From positions 192,001 through 256,000 of the forward strand of contig JBGASG010000001.1 in NCBI GenBank assembly GCA_044229845.1: a stretch of 64,000 bases of DNA. Reading direction: 5' to 3'. Both the position numbers and the translations under genes were made by a program. Below the pieces are notes generated by a model. The model did no database searches, was not told where the DNA came from, and was given only the letters and a program-made list of their open reading frames with translations. This DNA is from Candidatus Obscuribacteraceae bacterium. Its GTDB lineage: Bacteria > Cyanobacteriota > Vampirovibrionia > Obscuribacterales > Obscuribacteraceae. Shown here in pieces: positions 39,969-49,681 of the stretch (the stretch's first letter is position 1; every line of letters starts with the position of its first letter).

Positions 39969-40931
39969 CTAGTCCTGGTCCTCACTTAGCCCGATGGTTT
40001 CGGACAAAATGAACAGGGGCCGATCTTTGACTTCATCGAAGATCTTACCTATGTATTCCCCGAGAACACCGATCGTCAAAAGCTGCACGCCGCCGAGAAA
40101 CAAAAGAATACTGGCGGTGGCGGCAAATCCCGGCAGGGACCAATTGGTGAAGATGCGAACCAGTATCACGACGACAACTGACAGCAAACTCAAAGTCGAA
40201 ACGAGCACGCCCAGAGCGGTTGCAAAACGCAGCGGCAAGACGGAGAAGGACATCAGACCCGAAAGGGCGAGAAACATCAATTGCCGCAAGTTGTACTTCG
40301 GCTTTCCCTGGAAGCGCTCGTCGCGATCGACCGGTATGCCGATCTGGTTGAATCCGACCCAGGCCCTCAGCCCGCGCACGAAGCGGGTTTTCTCTGGCAG
40401 GCGCTTGATCAGGTTGACGACCCGTCTGTCCATGAGCGAGAAATCGCCGCTGTCAAGCGGGATGTCGGTGTCCGAGGTGGCTTTCAAAATCCGATAAAAG
40501 GTCTTGTAAGCGAGCTGCTTGAAGAAACCTTCTTTGCGCGTTCTCCGAATGGCATAGACGACCTGATAGCCTTCTTTCCACTTGGCAATGAAATCAGGAA
40601 TCACCTCCGGTGCATCCTGCAAATCCGAATCCATGACGATCACAGCCTGTCCGTTGGACAGAGCTAGACCAGCGGAAACCGCCCGCTGGTGACCGAAATT
40701 GCGGGACAACCCCGCCAGTTTGCAGCAAGGGTCGGTCTGGTTGAGTTGCCTGATCATTTCTCGGGATTTGTCCCGGGAGCCGTCGTCGACAAAGACCAGT
40801 TCGTAGGTCTCATTCAGGCTCTTCATCACGTCGGTTAATCGACGGTGCAGTTCAGGCAGGTTTTCCTGTTCGTTGAAGACCGGCATAACGATGCTGTAGA
40901 CAGGTTTCGTCGTCGATTCGTCCGCAGCCAT
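39969..40931 (-). CDS. GT2 polyprenol-phosphate glycosyltransferase (GtrB/ArnC-like)
   Basis: FVDDGSRD, LSRNFGHQ, MDSDLQD, two C-terminal TM helices, GEYIGKI. Confidence 0.92.
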   Translation of the reverse strand: MAADESTTKPVYSIVMPVFNEQENLPELHRRLTDVMKSLNETYELVFVDDGSRDKSREMIRQLNQTDPCCKLAGLSRNFGHQRAVSAGLALSNGQAVIVMDSDLQDAPEVIPDFIAKWKEGYQVVYAIRRTRKEGFFKQLAYKTFYRILKATSDTDIPLDSGDFSLMDRRVVNLIKRLPEKTRFVRGLRAWVGFNQIGIPVDRDERFQGKPKYNLRQLMFLALSGLMSFSVLPLRFATALGVLVSTLSLLSVVVVILVRIFTNWSLPGFAATASILLFLGGVQLLTIGVLGEYIGKIFDEVKDRPLFILSETIGLSEDQD

Positions 40932-41016
40932 TTCGTCTTACCGCAAGGTGACTTTACAAAAGATGATACCATTCGGCTGCTGGTACCAAACCCGCTCAAT
41001 TTGGGTCGTTTGGCAG

Positions 41017-42678
41017 ATGGATGATGAGAAACACGCTGTGCAAAAGCTTTCTGTGCCGCTGGCGATTGTCGCAATCACGGTACTGGGATTTTTGATGCGC
41101 TTACAGACGTTGCACCTTGGTCTCTGGCGAGACGAGATTTATACGCAACAGTTTGCCAGGGTGAACGGCTTTGCCCAACTGGTAGAGGCGATGCGGTTCA
41201 CCGATTACAATCCGCCTGCCTATTACTTGTTGATGCAGCTTTACTCCGCCATCTTTGGCACCAGCGAAACCGCCATGGTTTGGCCTTCAATTGTGCTGGG
41301 CACTGTGGCTATTCCTGCCGCTGCATGGCTGGCTGGTTGTTTCCGTTCGCGAACTGCGATCATTCTGGCACCGTTTCTACTGGCCATCACTCCTGAGGCC
41401 ATTTATTACTCCAATCAGGCCCGCAATCAGATATTGCTCGCCCTGCTGTTGTGTGTGGATCTGACCATCTTCTTTCGCGCTCTGCAGGCTGATCTGGACG
41501 GACGTGCTCGACAACGAAATCTCTGGCTGGTGGCGTTCGCGGTGCTGGTGGCGCTGACGTTTTACACCAGTTTTTCGGGCGTGCTGGCGATGGTGGCACT
41601 GGCCGGCGGTTTCTTTGCTGTCTGGGTCTACGAGCGGCGGTCTCGATTGATCCCCTATGCGCTGGCGCTTCTCGTACCGGCGTTGTCCTATTTGTTCTGG
41701 ATGCCGATAATGTTGGCGCAGCAAAAAGTCGGGGTCCCCTGGTGGGACAAGAACACTTCACTGAGCCAGATGCCGCTCATGTTCTTATCGAACATCGCGT
41801 GTTTGTTTCCCTTGCCTTTTCCAGTTTCCTTTTTTGTCAGCACTGGATTATTGCTGGTGGTGCTGCTTCTGTGTGTCTGGAAAGCCCGCTCCCTCTGGGA
41901 TCTCGAACCGGAGCCGCTGAAGCGACTGCAGTTGTGGCTGTCGACTAATCATAGCTGGCGCTTCTGTCTTATGCTGACGGTCTTTCTGCTGGTGCCGATT
42001 AGTTTGTTTGGCAACATCACCGGGTTTCAGACAGGATACTTTCGCTACATGGCTCCCTTTTGTCCGGCCGGTTCGGTGGCCATGGCATTGGTTTTCGAGT
42101 GTCTCTACCGACTGATCGACGGTGTTGGAAACGTTCGTCGTCTGGTGGCAAATGTGGTGGCGGGGATAGCGCTTGTCGCTCTCCTGGCGGCGGACGTCAT
42201 GTACTGCGTATCTGCCGCTACGCTGCCCAAGTCTGGATTTCGCGCGATGGCTCGCGACGCACAACAAGGTAAGTACGATCAATCTGTGGTCGTCGTGGCC
42301 ACTGATGCCTGTGGGCTGACGTATCAGTATTATCTGGACGAATATAAGGTTGACCCGCAGCGGTACGCCCTCATTGGTTTTGCCCTCGAGAAGCCTGTGC
42401 CGGTGCCCTGCAATATTTATGCGCAAGCGTGGCAGGATGAAAACGCGGTCGCCCGTACTCTGGCGCTCATCGACCAGACTTTGCGTCAGAAGCACTGGAC
42501 TCGAGTCGTTCTAGCCATGGATGTTTTTCAGCCCGATCTGAAAACGTTTCCTGCAAAGAAACGCATGCAAGAACTCTACGAGGCGCTGAAAAGCACCTAT
42601 GACGTCAAGGGTGAAACTGTATACGGTGGCGAACTGGAGCAACCGACCGTAACGGTTTTCGAAGTGAAGAAACGCTGA
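41017..42678 (+). CDS. GT-C fold (GT39/PMT/ArnT-like) membrane glycosyltransferase
   Basis: LWRDE, NPPAYY, YYSNQAR motifs and many TM helices. Confidence 0.82.
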   Translation: MDDEKHAVQKLSVPLAIVAITVLGFLMRLQTLHLGLWRDEIYTQQFARVNGFAQLVEAMRFTDYNPPAYYLLMQLYSAIFGTSETAMVWPSIVLGTVAIPAAAWLAGCFRSRTAIILAPFLLAITPEAIYYSNQARNQILLALLLCVDLTIFFRALQADLDGRARQRNLWLVAFAVLVALTFYTSFSGVLAMVALAGGFFAVWVYERRSRLIPYALALLVPALSYLFWMPIMLAQQKVGVPWWDKNTSLSQMPLMFLSNIACLFPLPFPVSFFVSTGLLLVVLLLCVWKARSLWDLEPEPLKRLQLWLSTNHSWRFCLMLTVFLLVPISLFGNITGFQTGYFRYMAPFCPAGSVAMALVFECLYRLIDGVGNVRRLVANVVAGIALVALLAADVMYCVSAATLPKSGFRAMARDAQQGKYDQSVVVVATDACGLTYQYYLDEYKVDPQRYALIGFALEKPVPVPCNIYAQAWQDENAVARTLALIDQTLRQKHWTRVVLAMDVFQPDLKTFPAKKRMQELYEALKSTYDVKGETVYGGELEQPTVTVFEVKKR

Positions 42679-42681
42679 CTG

Positions 42682-43323
42682 TCAGTCTTTTGAAGCTACG
42701 TAAGTGACGTAAGGAAACGCCCAGGAGGGCGGGTAATTCTGGTGCACTTCAATGTTGGAAAAACCGGCTTCTTTGATCAGATTTTTCAGATGGTCGACAT
42801 CCATGAAGTCTGAGCGCTGCCAGTAGAAGATCCAATCGAAGATGTGGGCGTGGGCATACTTGATTAGCGAGACGCCCGGTTCTATTTCCCTAACAACCAT
42901 GCGGCCGCCCGGCTTCAGAAGGTGGAAGATCTTGTTGATGATCGTCTTTTGATTTTGCTTGCCGGCATGGTGCAGCACGTCGACCATGACGACACAATCC
43001 CAGGAACGATCCTCCAGATCGAGAGCATTTTGATGACTGAAAGTGAGGTTCTGGGGGCGCTTAGATTCGTTGGCGGCGACGATGCGTTTTTTGTCCAGGT
43101 CTATGCCGTGCACTTCTGCATCCGGATTTTGCATCGATAGGTAATGGGACAGAAGCCCAAAGCCGCAACCGATTTCCAGAATTGATTTGGGTTGAAACTG
43201 CTTGAGCAGACCGATCAGCAAATCCGGCGAGTTCTGGTTGCCCAGCGATTTGGCCTTGAGCCACATGCGCAGAAAGGAACCGGGATAGGTATCGATAACG
43301 CTGTTTAGTTCTTCGACCGGCAT
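42682..43323 (-). CDS. Class I SAM-dependent methyltransferase
   Basis: ILEIGCGFG, GIDLD, DVLHH, LLKPGG. Confidence 0.9.
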   Translation of the reverse strand: MPVEELNSVIDTYPGSFLRMWLKAKSLGNQNSPDLLIGLLKQFQPKSILEIGCGFGLLSHYLSMQNPDAEVHGIDLDKKRIVAANESKRPQNLTFSHQNALDLEDRSWDCVVMVDVLHHAGKQNQKTIINKIFHLLKPGGRMVVREIEPGVSLIKYAHAHIFDWIFYWQRSDFMDVDHLKNLIKEAGFSNIEVHQNYPPSWAFPYVTYVASKD

Positions 43324-43364
43324 GTCAGTATAAACTTCGCTTCACCGCAGTCAGTTTAACCTTA

Positions 43365-44684
43365 TTATTGCTTGCGACTGCGTAGAAGCAAACTGACTTC
43401 GCTAAGCAAGGACGGCATGTCGAATGGTTTCGGCATATACAGATCGGCGCCTGACTCCAGTGCCAGAGACTGGTCTGGGTTGCTGGTCACCATGACAATC
43501 GATATGCCGCGCAGTTCTTCGTCTTGTTTGACGGTTCGGCACAACAGCCAGCCGTCCATGACTCGATCAGGCAAGTTGGATTCCAGAAGAATCAGGTCCG
43601 GTTTTTCATGGCGGGCGAAATTGAGGGCGTGATCGGCGGAATTGGTCACCTCCACTGTGTATCCCTCCAGAGAGAGGATCTCCTGCAGAAGACACGCCAT
43701 CGCACCATCGGGCTCTACGACCAGAATCCGTGAGACGCGCACGTCGCGGCGTTCTTTGCGTTTTTTCGAACGAGTGGTGTCATCGACCCAGCTGGAGCCA
43801 TAATTGAGCTTGGCCGTGTACCGGTAGTCACGAGAGGTGGTGAGGACGTCGACGTATCCTTGAAATCGACGCGTCGAACTGGACACGATACCGATGGCAA
43901 TCGACATCAGTGGCACACGTCTGCGGATGCCCCCGCGCCCGGTGGAGACCAGATAGCCGCGGTCGATGACATCCGGCGGATAAAAGCGTTTGCTGATTTC
44001 ATCGAAAGCCTGGCAGATGCGCTCCGCTAACTGGATGCGCCTTTCCGGCGAGGTGATGACGAGAAAGTCGTCGGCTTCTATGTGCCCGGCAAACTCATTG
44101 TCAGCCACGGTCTCTGTAAGAATGGCTCCCAGTGCCTTGATCAGCTGGTCGCCGGCGATGTCGCCGTAAGTTTCGTTGTAAACGCGCAGATTGTTCAAGT
44201 CTATGGAAAGGGCTGCCCACGGGCGCTCCGATACGAGGCATTGCTCGAGCATGCGGCGGATTAAGTTGGCCCCCGGTAATTGCGTCAGGGAGTGCAAAAG
44301 CTCTTCCTGACGGCGTCGCAAGTGAGCGAGGACGCGAATCGCCAGCTCGCTTTTGTCGATGTCTTCGGCGAGCACGTCGTCTGCGCCATAGCGAAAACTG
44401 CTGATTCTCTCGGTGATGTCGTTTGATTGCTGCAAAAGCACCAGCACCGGCCGTGGTGGCGGTAAGGTGGCGCGGATTTGCTGGCAATACAATTTGCCGT
44501 CACCCTCCGGCATGTGCTCGGAAAGCAGGATCAGGTCCGGATGCACAAAAGAAAGCAACTCATTGGCGCTTTCGAAGGAGGTGACCGTGTGAATGCGGGC
44601 GCCGGTCAATCCCAGAACTTCTCCGTATTCGTCGGCGCGTTCCTCGTTGTGGATGACCATGATCACGGGGGTGGGCAACAGCAT
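43365..44684 (-). CDS. REC-GGDEF-REC protein with degenerate active sites
   Basis: Two receiver folds (PDLILL, GADD, GADLYMPKPF) around a GGDEF fold (LTQLP, YNETYGDIAGD, EADDF). Confidence 0.82.
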   Translation of the reverse strand: MLLPTPVIMVIHNEERADEYGEVLGLTGARIHTVTSFESANELLSFVHPDLILLSEHMPEGDGKLYCQQIRATLPPPRPVLVLLQQSNDITERISSFRYGADDVLAEDIDKSELAIRVLAHLRRRQEELLHSLTQLPGANLIRRMLEQCLVSERPWAALSIDLNNLRVYNETYGDIAGDQLIKALGAILTETVADNEFAGHIEADDFLVITSPERRIQLAERICQAFDEISKRFYPPDVIDRGYLVSTGRGGIRRRVPLMSIAIGIVSSSTRRFQGYVDVLTTSRDYRYTAKLNYGSSWVDDTTRSKKRKERRDVRVSRILVVEPDGAMACLLQEILSLEGYTVEVTNSADHALNFARHEKPDLILLESNLPDRVMDGWLLCRTVKQDEELRGISIVMVTSNPDQSLALESGADLYMPKPFDMPSLLSEVSLLLRSRKQ

Positions 44685-45787
44685 CAGCCACGTCCTCGAG
44701 CTGCCTGCTGTTCGAGACTGGCGGCCGGTAACCTGACGGTGAAGGTGGTGCCGCCCGAACGGCTGGAGACGACGATGGTGCCGCCCAGTGCCACCACCAG
44801 CGATTTGGTTATGTAGAGCCCGAGTCCGGTGCCTTCGGTTTGACGAACCAGAGGATCATCGAGACGGCTGAATTTCGTAAAGATGTCTGGAATTTTTTCA
44901 GGCGGTATGCCTGCTCCCTGGTCGGTGACGGAGAATTCCACCATCTCCTGCGCACCCTCAATGGTGCGGGCATTGACTGTGATGGTCGTGTCCTGTGGCG
45001 AGTACTTAATGGCGTTATCGATTAAGTTGGTGAGGATTTGCTCCAGCCGGTCGCCGTCGGCCCAGATCGCCGGCAGCCCCTGCGGGATGCGTTGCAGTAT
45101 CTGGTGATATTCGGCTTTGTCTGAGAGATTTCTGACTACGCGATTGACGGCTTCTTCCAAGTCGAGCGCGCGGATTGTCAGTTGCAGGCGCCGTGACTCC
45201 AGTCTGGACACAGCCAAAAGGTCTTCTACCAGGCGGGTGAGCCGGTCGGCCTGGTCTTTTATGATGCCGATATAACGCCTTTGCTGCGTCGAATCTAATC
45301 TATCGCCGGCGCGCAAAATCGTGTCGGCGAAGCCTTTGATGCTGGTCAAAGGCGTCCGCAATTCGTGGCTGACGGTGGAAACGAACTCAGTCTGCGCCTG
45401 CTGAACCGTGTTGGCCTGGACGATGTAGACAACCGTCATAAAGCCTTCGAGTTTGTCTGACTTGTCGTAGAGCGGAATGTGGCTGACGGGCATGGTCAGG
45501 TCTGTGCCTGCCCTGGAGATGACGATGCCGTTGTGGACGGCGGGATTTTCCGGGCTGGCCAGCGCCAGCTTCTCGAACTTGGCTTCGCCGCTGCCTGTTT
45601 CTCCGGCGCAGGAGCATTCGACTAAGCTGAACAGGTGCTTGCCGACCAAATTGGCTTCCGTGTCGCCAACTGCCCGCGAAAGCGCCGGGTTGCAACTCAG
45701 GACCTGTCCGCGTTCATCTGAGACGAGGATTCCATCTGCGGCATGGCTAACCAGGCTGCGGTAAATATCTTGCGACAGGGCAGTCAC
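44684..45787 (-). CDS. Cytoplasmic PAS-domain sensor histidine kinase
   Basis: PAS, SHELRTPL, NLIDNAIKYS, DQGAGI, GTGLGL. Confidence 0.92.
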   Translation of the reverse strand: MTALSQDIYRSLVSHAADGILVSDERGQVLSCNPALSRAVGDTEANLVGKHLFSLVECSCAGETGSGEAKFEKLALASPENPAVHNGIVISRAGTDLTMPVSHIPLYDKSDKLEGFMTVVYIVQANTVQQAQTEFVSTVSHELRTPLTSIKGFADTILRAGDRLDSTQQRRYIGIIKDQADRLTRLVEDLLAVSRLESRRLQLTIRALDLEEAVNRVVRNLSDKAEYHQILQRIPQGLPAIWADGDRLEQILTNLIDNAIKYSPQDTTITVNARTIEGAQEMVEFSVTDQGAGIPPEKIPDIFTKFSRLDDPLVRQTEGTGLGLYITKSLVVALGGTIVVSSRSGGTTFTVRLPAASLEQQAARGRG

Positions 45788-45876
45788 GCGAGTATCTCTA
45801 TAGAAGTCAGCGAATAACTCTCCAGACCTAACTTAACATCGCCAGATCCAGGGGCACGCCATTACAAGGGTTTCTT

Positions 45877-46293
45877 TTAAGAATCCCCTTGAGCCTCACT
45901 GGATGGGCTTTCTCGGGTTTGCTGCAAGACCGCCAGCAGCCGGTCATAGTCAGTCAGATACAGGTATCCCAAAAGTGCTTCGAATGCGGTCGCCTTGCGG
46001 TACGCGGCCATCGACTGCTTGCCGGTTGCCTGTCCTCTGACATTGCGGGCGCGCCTGACTACGTCCTTTTCTTCTTGGGTGAGGGAGTCGTGAATGGCAT
46101 CCAGAATCACTGCCTGGTGCGCGGCGGAAGCGCGTGACACCATGCGTTCGTGCATTTCCTTGACGGTGACTACATGCAAAACTTCGTTTTCACGCTCGAA
46201 AAGGTGAAAAACGGCATCACCCAGATGGGCGAGTATGCGGGGAGCGATATCGCGCGCTTGCTGAACCGGAAGCGGTGCCGCCCGCAAAAACAT
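45877..46293 (-). CDS. mrnC: Mini-ribonuclease III
   Basis: LAHLGDAVF, RRARN, YRKATAFEALLGYLYL. Confidence 0.9.
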   Translation of the reverse strand: MFLRAAPLPVQQARDIAPRILAHLGDAVFHLFERENEVLHVVTVKEMHERMVSRASAAHQAVILDAIHDSLTQEEKDVVRRARNVRGQATGKQSMAAYRKATAFEALLGYLYLTDYDRLLAVLQQTRESPSSEAQGDS

Positions 46294-46301
46294 GGGGGCG
46301 T

Positions 46302-47114
46302 CTAACTGTCCTTACTGGATCGCGACTTGCGCGATTCATCGTGATTGTGCCGATGTTTTGATTGGCGCATCGAATGACGCAGCACTTGCAATCCGAAGCT
46401 GGGCAGGGAAGAGCCCATGCGACGCCAGCGCCAGGGCTCCACTAAAAGCCGGTAGAGCCATTCAAGATGCATGCGCCGCATAAATAGCGGTGCGCGCTTG
46501 ACGTTCCCTGCCCAGACATCGAAACTTCCGCCAACGCCAACCAGGACGGATTTGGAAAGAACCGCATTCCAGCGGTCGATGAAAAACTCTTGTTTCGGTA
46601 CGCCCAGTGCCACCAACACCAAATCTGGTGCCTGTTCGGCGATGTTCTCGACGATTGTCTCTTCGTCGTCCGGTCCGAAGTAGCCGTGTTGAACGGCGAC
46701 TATTTCCAGACCAGGATAGCGAGCGGGGAGTTCGCGCTTCAATTTCTCCAGGACTTCCGGTTTGCCGCCCAGAAGCGCGACGCGTTTTTTGCGCAGCGCG
46801 GCTCGCGACAACGATGCTTGGGCCAGCTCGATACCGGGCAGGCGGTTGACCGAGCCACCACTGAGGCGGACAGCCCAGACCACGCCGGCGCCGTCGGGAA
46901 TGATCAGGTGCGCGTGGCGAATGATCCTGTCGAGTTCGGAATTTTGCTGCGCTGCCACTACCATTTCGGCGTTCAACGTGACGATATGCAGACCGCGACC
47001 GGCGCGCCATGCATCTTCGATTACTTCCAACGCCAAGCCTTCATCCACGACATCGACGGGATAACCGAGAACTTGTTGGCGAGACCTGTTTGTAGCAGAC
47101 AAGGTTGACATCAC
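46302..47114 (-). CDS. WecB/TagA/CpsF family glycosyltransferase
   Basis: TLNAE, PDGAG, ALGVPKQE, GVGGSFD, KRAP, LEWLYRL. Confidence 0.93.
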   Translation of the reverse strand: MMSTLSATNRSRQQVLGYPVDVVDEGLALEVIEDAWRAGRGLHIVTLNAEMVVAAQQNSELDRIIRHAHLIIPDGAGVVWAVRLSGGSVNRLPGIELAQASLSRAALRKKRVALLGGKPEVLEKLKRELPARYPGLEIVAVQHGYFGPDDEETIVENIAEQAPDLVLVALGVPKQEFFIDRWNAVLSKSVLVGVGGSFDVWAGNVKRAPLFMRRMHLEWLYRLLVEPWRWRRMGSSLPSFGLQVLRHSMRQSKHRHNHDESRKSRSSKDS

Positions 47115-47247
47115 ATGTGGTGCCCGCTGGCGGTAGCTTGGACCCTCTCTAGCCGTCTCGATGAGATCGGTCTAGTAAGTTTTGAACATAAGTCGGCAAT
47201 CAGAAATAGCCGCGATTCAGGCTGGGAGAGAGTTGAAAGCTTTCTGC

Positions 47248-48408
47248 CTAGCTTCCGCTTTTAGTGTTAAGAATTCTAGCGAGCACGTCAAAGTTCTGGC
47301 AAGCGAGATTTTTTGCAACTTGCGACTTCTCCGATGCTAATCTGGCCAGGTGGGAACGGCTTGCCAAGCCGCTCTTGAGAGTGTCGGTCCACAATGCTTT
47401 GTCCAGCTCCTTGGTCAGATTTAAGATCGGCTGCTGAAACTCCCTGAGCAGATGGGTCACTTTGGGATCGTAGTCAATGCCGACTACCGGCACCCCCATC
47501 TTCAGTGCAATCAAAAGCGCGTGTAACCGCATGCCTACAAGGAAATGGAAGCGGCTGAGCAACGCTACCCATTGGCTGGGTAATGTGAGTGCCGTCACAT
47601 CGAGCACGTGAATTGTCGATGCCGGGCGGCCGGCCGCTTGCCAGTGGGCGGAGAATTTGCTGAGCGGCTCTTCATCTTGAGCGCCCTGCATCGGCAGCAG
47701 GTAGATATGATTATCGGACGGGAGGCAGTCGGCAAGCGCTTCCGCGAGTGTCTTGATGTGCTCGTCGGTGAGGTCGGCGGACGGGCGCAACGAGAGTCCG
47801 ACGCTTTTCTCTTTGTCCTGGAGCTTGTCAGCCAGAGCGGCCGGCAACGCAGTTTCCTCCAGCAGCCAGACTGGATCGGCGGTGCGCTTGCACTTGAGTC
47901 TCCACTCATCGATCAAGCCTGCCGAAACATCGTCGCGCACAGTTATCTCGTCGGCGTACTTGAAGAACTCGCGCGTCAACTGTGTGGCCAGAATTCCCCG
48001 CAAGGGTCCAAGTCCCTGTGCGTAAATCATCACTTTGGCGCCGGCAGCTTTAGCGGCGATGATCTGCATTCCGTAGAATAAGATCGATCCAATCGTTTTG
48101 GTGTTTTGAAAAAGCCCGCCGCCGCCGCTGACAAAAATATCAGCTTGTTTGAGTGTCTCCAGAAGCGTCGGTATCTTGCCGCGCGGAATCGAACGCACGC
48201 CGAACTTTTGCGCCGTCCGCTCAGGATTGGCCGACAAGACGACAATCTCTTCCGGGTTGCGCAACCGCTTCAACTCGTTGGTGAGCTCTTCGAGAATCGC
48301 TTCGTCGCCCAGGTTCTCGAACCCGTAGTAGCCGGAGACCACCACTTTGCGAGCACTTTTCCCAAAAGCCGCCGCGGGCGGATCTGCAGATCGATTTGAT
48401 GTTGTCAT
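47248..48408 (-). CDS. csaB: Polysaccharide pyruvyl transferase CsaB
   Basis: SGYYGFENLGDEAIL, SGGGGLFQ, QGLGPL, GMRLHALL, YDPKV. Confidence 0.92.
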   Translation of the reverse strand: MTTSNRSADPPAAAFGKSARKVVVSGYYGFENLGDEAILEELTNELKRLRNPEEIVVLSANPERTAQKFGVRSIPRGKIPTLLETLKQADIFVSGGGGLFQNTKTIGSILFYGMQIIAAKAAGAKVMIYAQGLGPLRGILATQLTREFFKYADEITVRDDVSAGLIDEWRLKCKRTADPVWLLEETALPAALADKLQDKEKSVGLSLRPSADLTDEHIKTLAEALADCLPSDNHIYLLPMQGAQDEEPLSKFSAHWQAAGRPASTIHVLDVTALTLPSQWVALLSRFHFLVGMRLHALLIALKMGVPVVGIDYDPKVTHLLREFQQPILNLTKELDKALWTDTLKSGLASRSHLARLASEKSQVAKNLACQNFDVLARILNTKSGS

Positions 48409-48511
48409 GCCATGCCGAAGGGCGAACAGTGGTTCAATATATAAGACTCAAGGATAGCAGGACGGCCGCGCCCGGACGACGCAGGTACGTGAGAGAGTAC
48501 GTGAAAGAGCA

Positions 48512-49681
48512 GTGAAAACAACTCACCGGCGCTTCCCCGACGCCGAACAGCTGAGCGCGTTTTTTCGCGACACTAAAGGCGATGCCGAAAGCGTCGTCCC
48601 CGGACCGCCGCGTCAACTGCCGAAGACGCCGGCTGCTCAGGAAGTAATCTTTGCCGACCTCGGTGCCGGTTTGAGTTCGATCACTGAATACACCAGGTCG
48701 GATCAGGTGATCAGCGTTCAGTGCGGCATCACGATCGGTGATTTGCAAAACGAGTTAGCCGGCAATCACCACTGGTTGCCGGTAGAAGCGGCGCCTGAGC
48801 AGACGCTGCTCTCGCTGGTATGCGGCGGCGATGCCGGTGCTCTCGAACACGGCTTCGGCGGTGTTCGCGATCTGGTGCTGGGGCTGACAGTCATGCTTTC
48901 CGACGGCACGACGATTGTGTCAGGCGGCAAGGTGGTTAAGAATGTCACCGGATATGACACCACCAAACTCTTTGTCGGCTCGCACGGCTGGCTGGGTATT
49001 CCGCTGGCCGCCCACCTGCGACTTTATGCCCTGCCGCAAAGACAACTGACGCTGCTCTATGCCTTTCCCTCGCTGGACGCGGCTTTTGGCGGACTGCATG
49101 CTCTCTTGGCTCTGGGACTGCCCCTGTCCTGCTGCGAGTTATTTTCGGCGGCCGCTCTGAAATCAAAAGGTCTAGCACCGCCAGCGGTGCCGGAAGGTTC
49201 ATCCTATTTAGCTCTGCAAGTGCACGGACATCCGCAGGTCGTGGATGAAGTGTCCGCGGCCGCGCACACTGCCTTGCAGTCTGACGGTACGCGCGCGGAC
49301 GCGGCGTCCGACCACATCTGGTCAAACCCGCCCGACGATGCCGGCGCCGGTTATGCCAGAGTACAGATCACTGTGCCGCCCGAGAGCATGCGCCTGGTTT
49401 TAAAAGATCCAGAACTCCTGATTCTGTCCTGGCAAGCGCGCCCCTGGCGCGGCGGGCTGACATTCAGTGTCTCGAGCGCCGATGTCGACTCCACCGTCGC
49501 CCAAGTGAAGTCGGTGGTGGCACGCTTGAAACTGACGGCCTCGCTGGCTCATCCCACCGAGCGCCACTGGTTGAACGTCGACCGTGTCCCCGAGCGTGAT
49601 TCGGCTGCCGACCTGCTCAAAGATGAGCTGAAAAAGCGTTTCGACCCACCCAATATATTGAACCGATTGGTGCGCCTCTGA
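48512..49681 (+). CDS. glcE: FAD-binding oxidoreductase, glycolate oxidase GlcE-like
   Basis: RDLVLG, GGKVVKNVTGYD, LFVGSHGWLG, FDPPNILN; abuts glcF. Confidence 0.82.
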   Translation: MKTTHRRFPDAEQLSAFFRDTKGDAESVVPGPPRQLPKTPAAQEVIFADLGAGLSSITEYTRSDQVISVQCGITIGDLQNELAGNHHWLPVEAAPEQTLLSLVCGGDAGALEHGFGGVRDLVLGLTVMLSDGTTIVSGGKVVKNVTGYDTTKLFVGSHGWLGIPLAAHLRLYALPQRQLTLLYAFPSLDAAFGGLHALLALGLPLSCCELFSAAALKSKGLAPPAVPEGSSYLALQVHGHPQVVDEVSAAAHTALQSDGTRADAASDHIWSNPPDDAGAGYARVQITVPPESMRLVLKDPELLILSWQARPWRGGLTFSVSSADVDSTVAQVKSVVARLKLTASLAHPTERHWLNVDRVPERDSAADLLKDELKKRFDPPNILNRLVRL

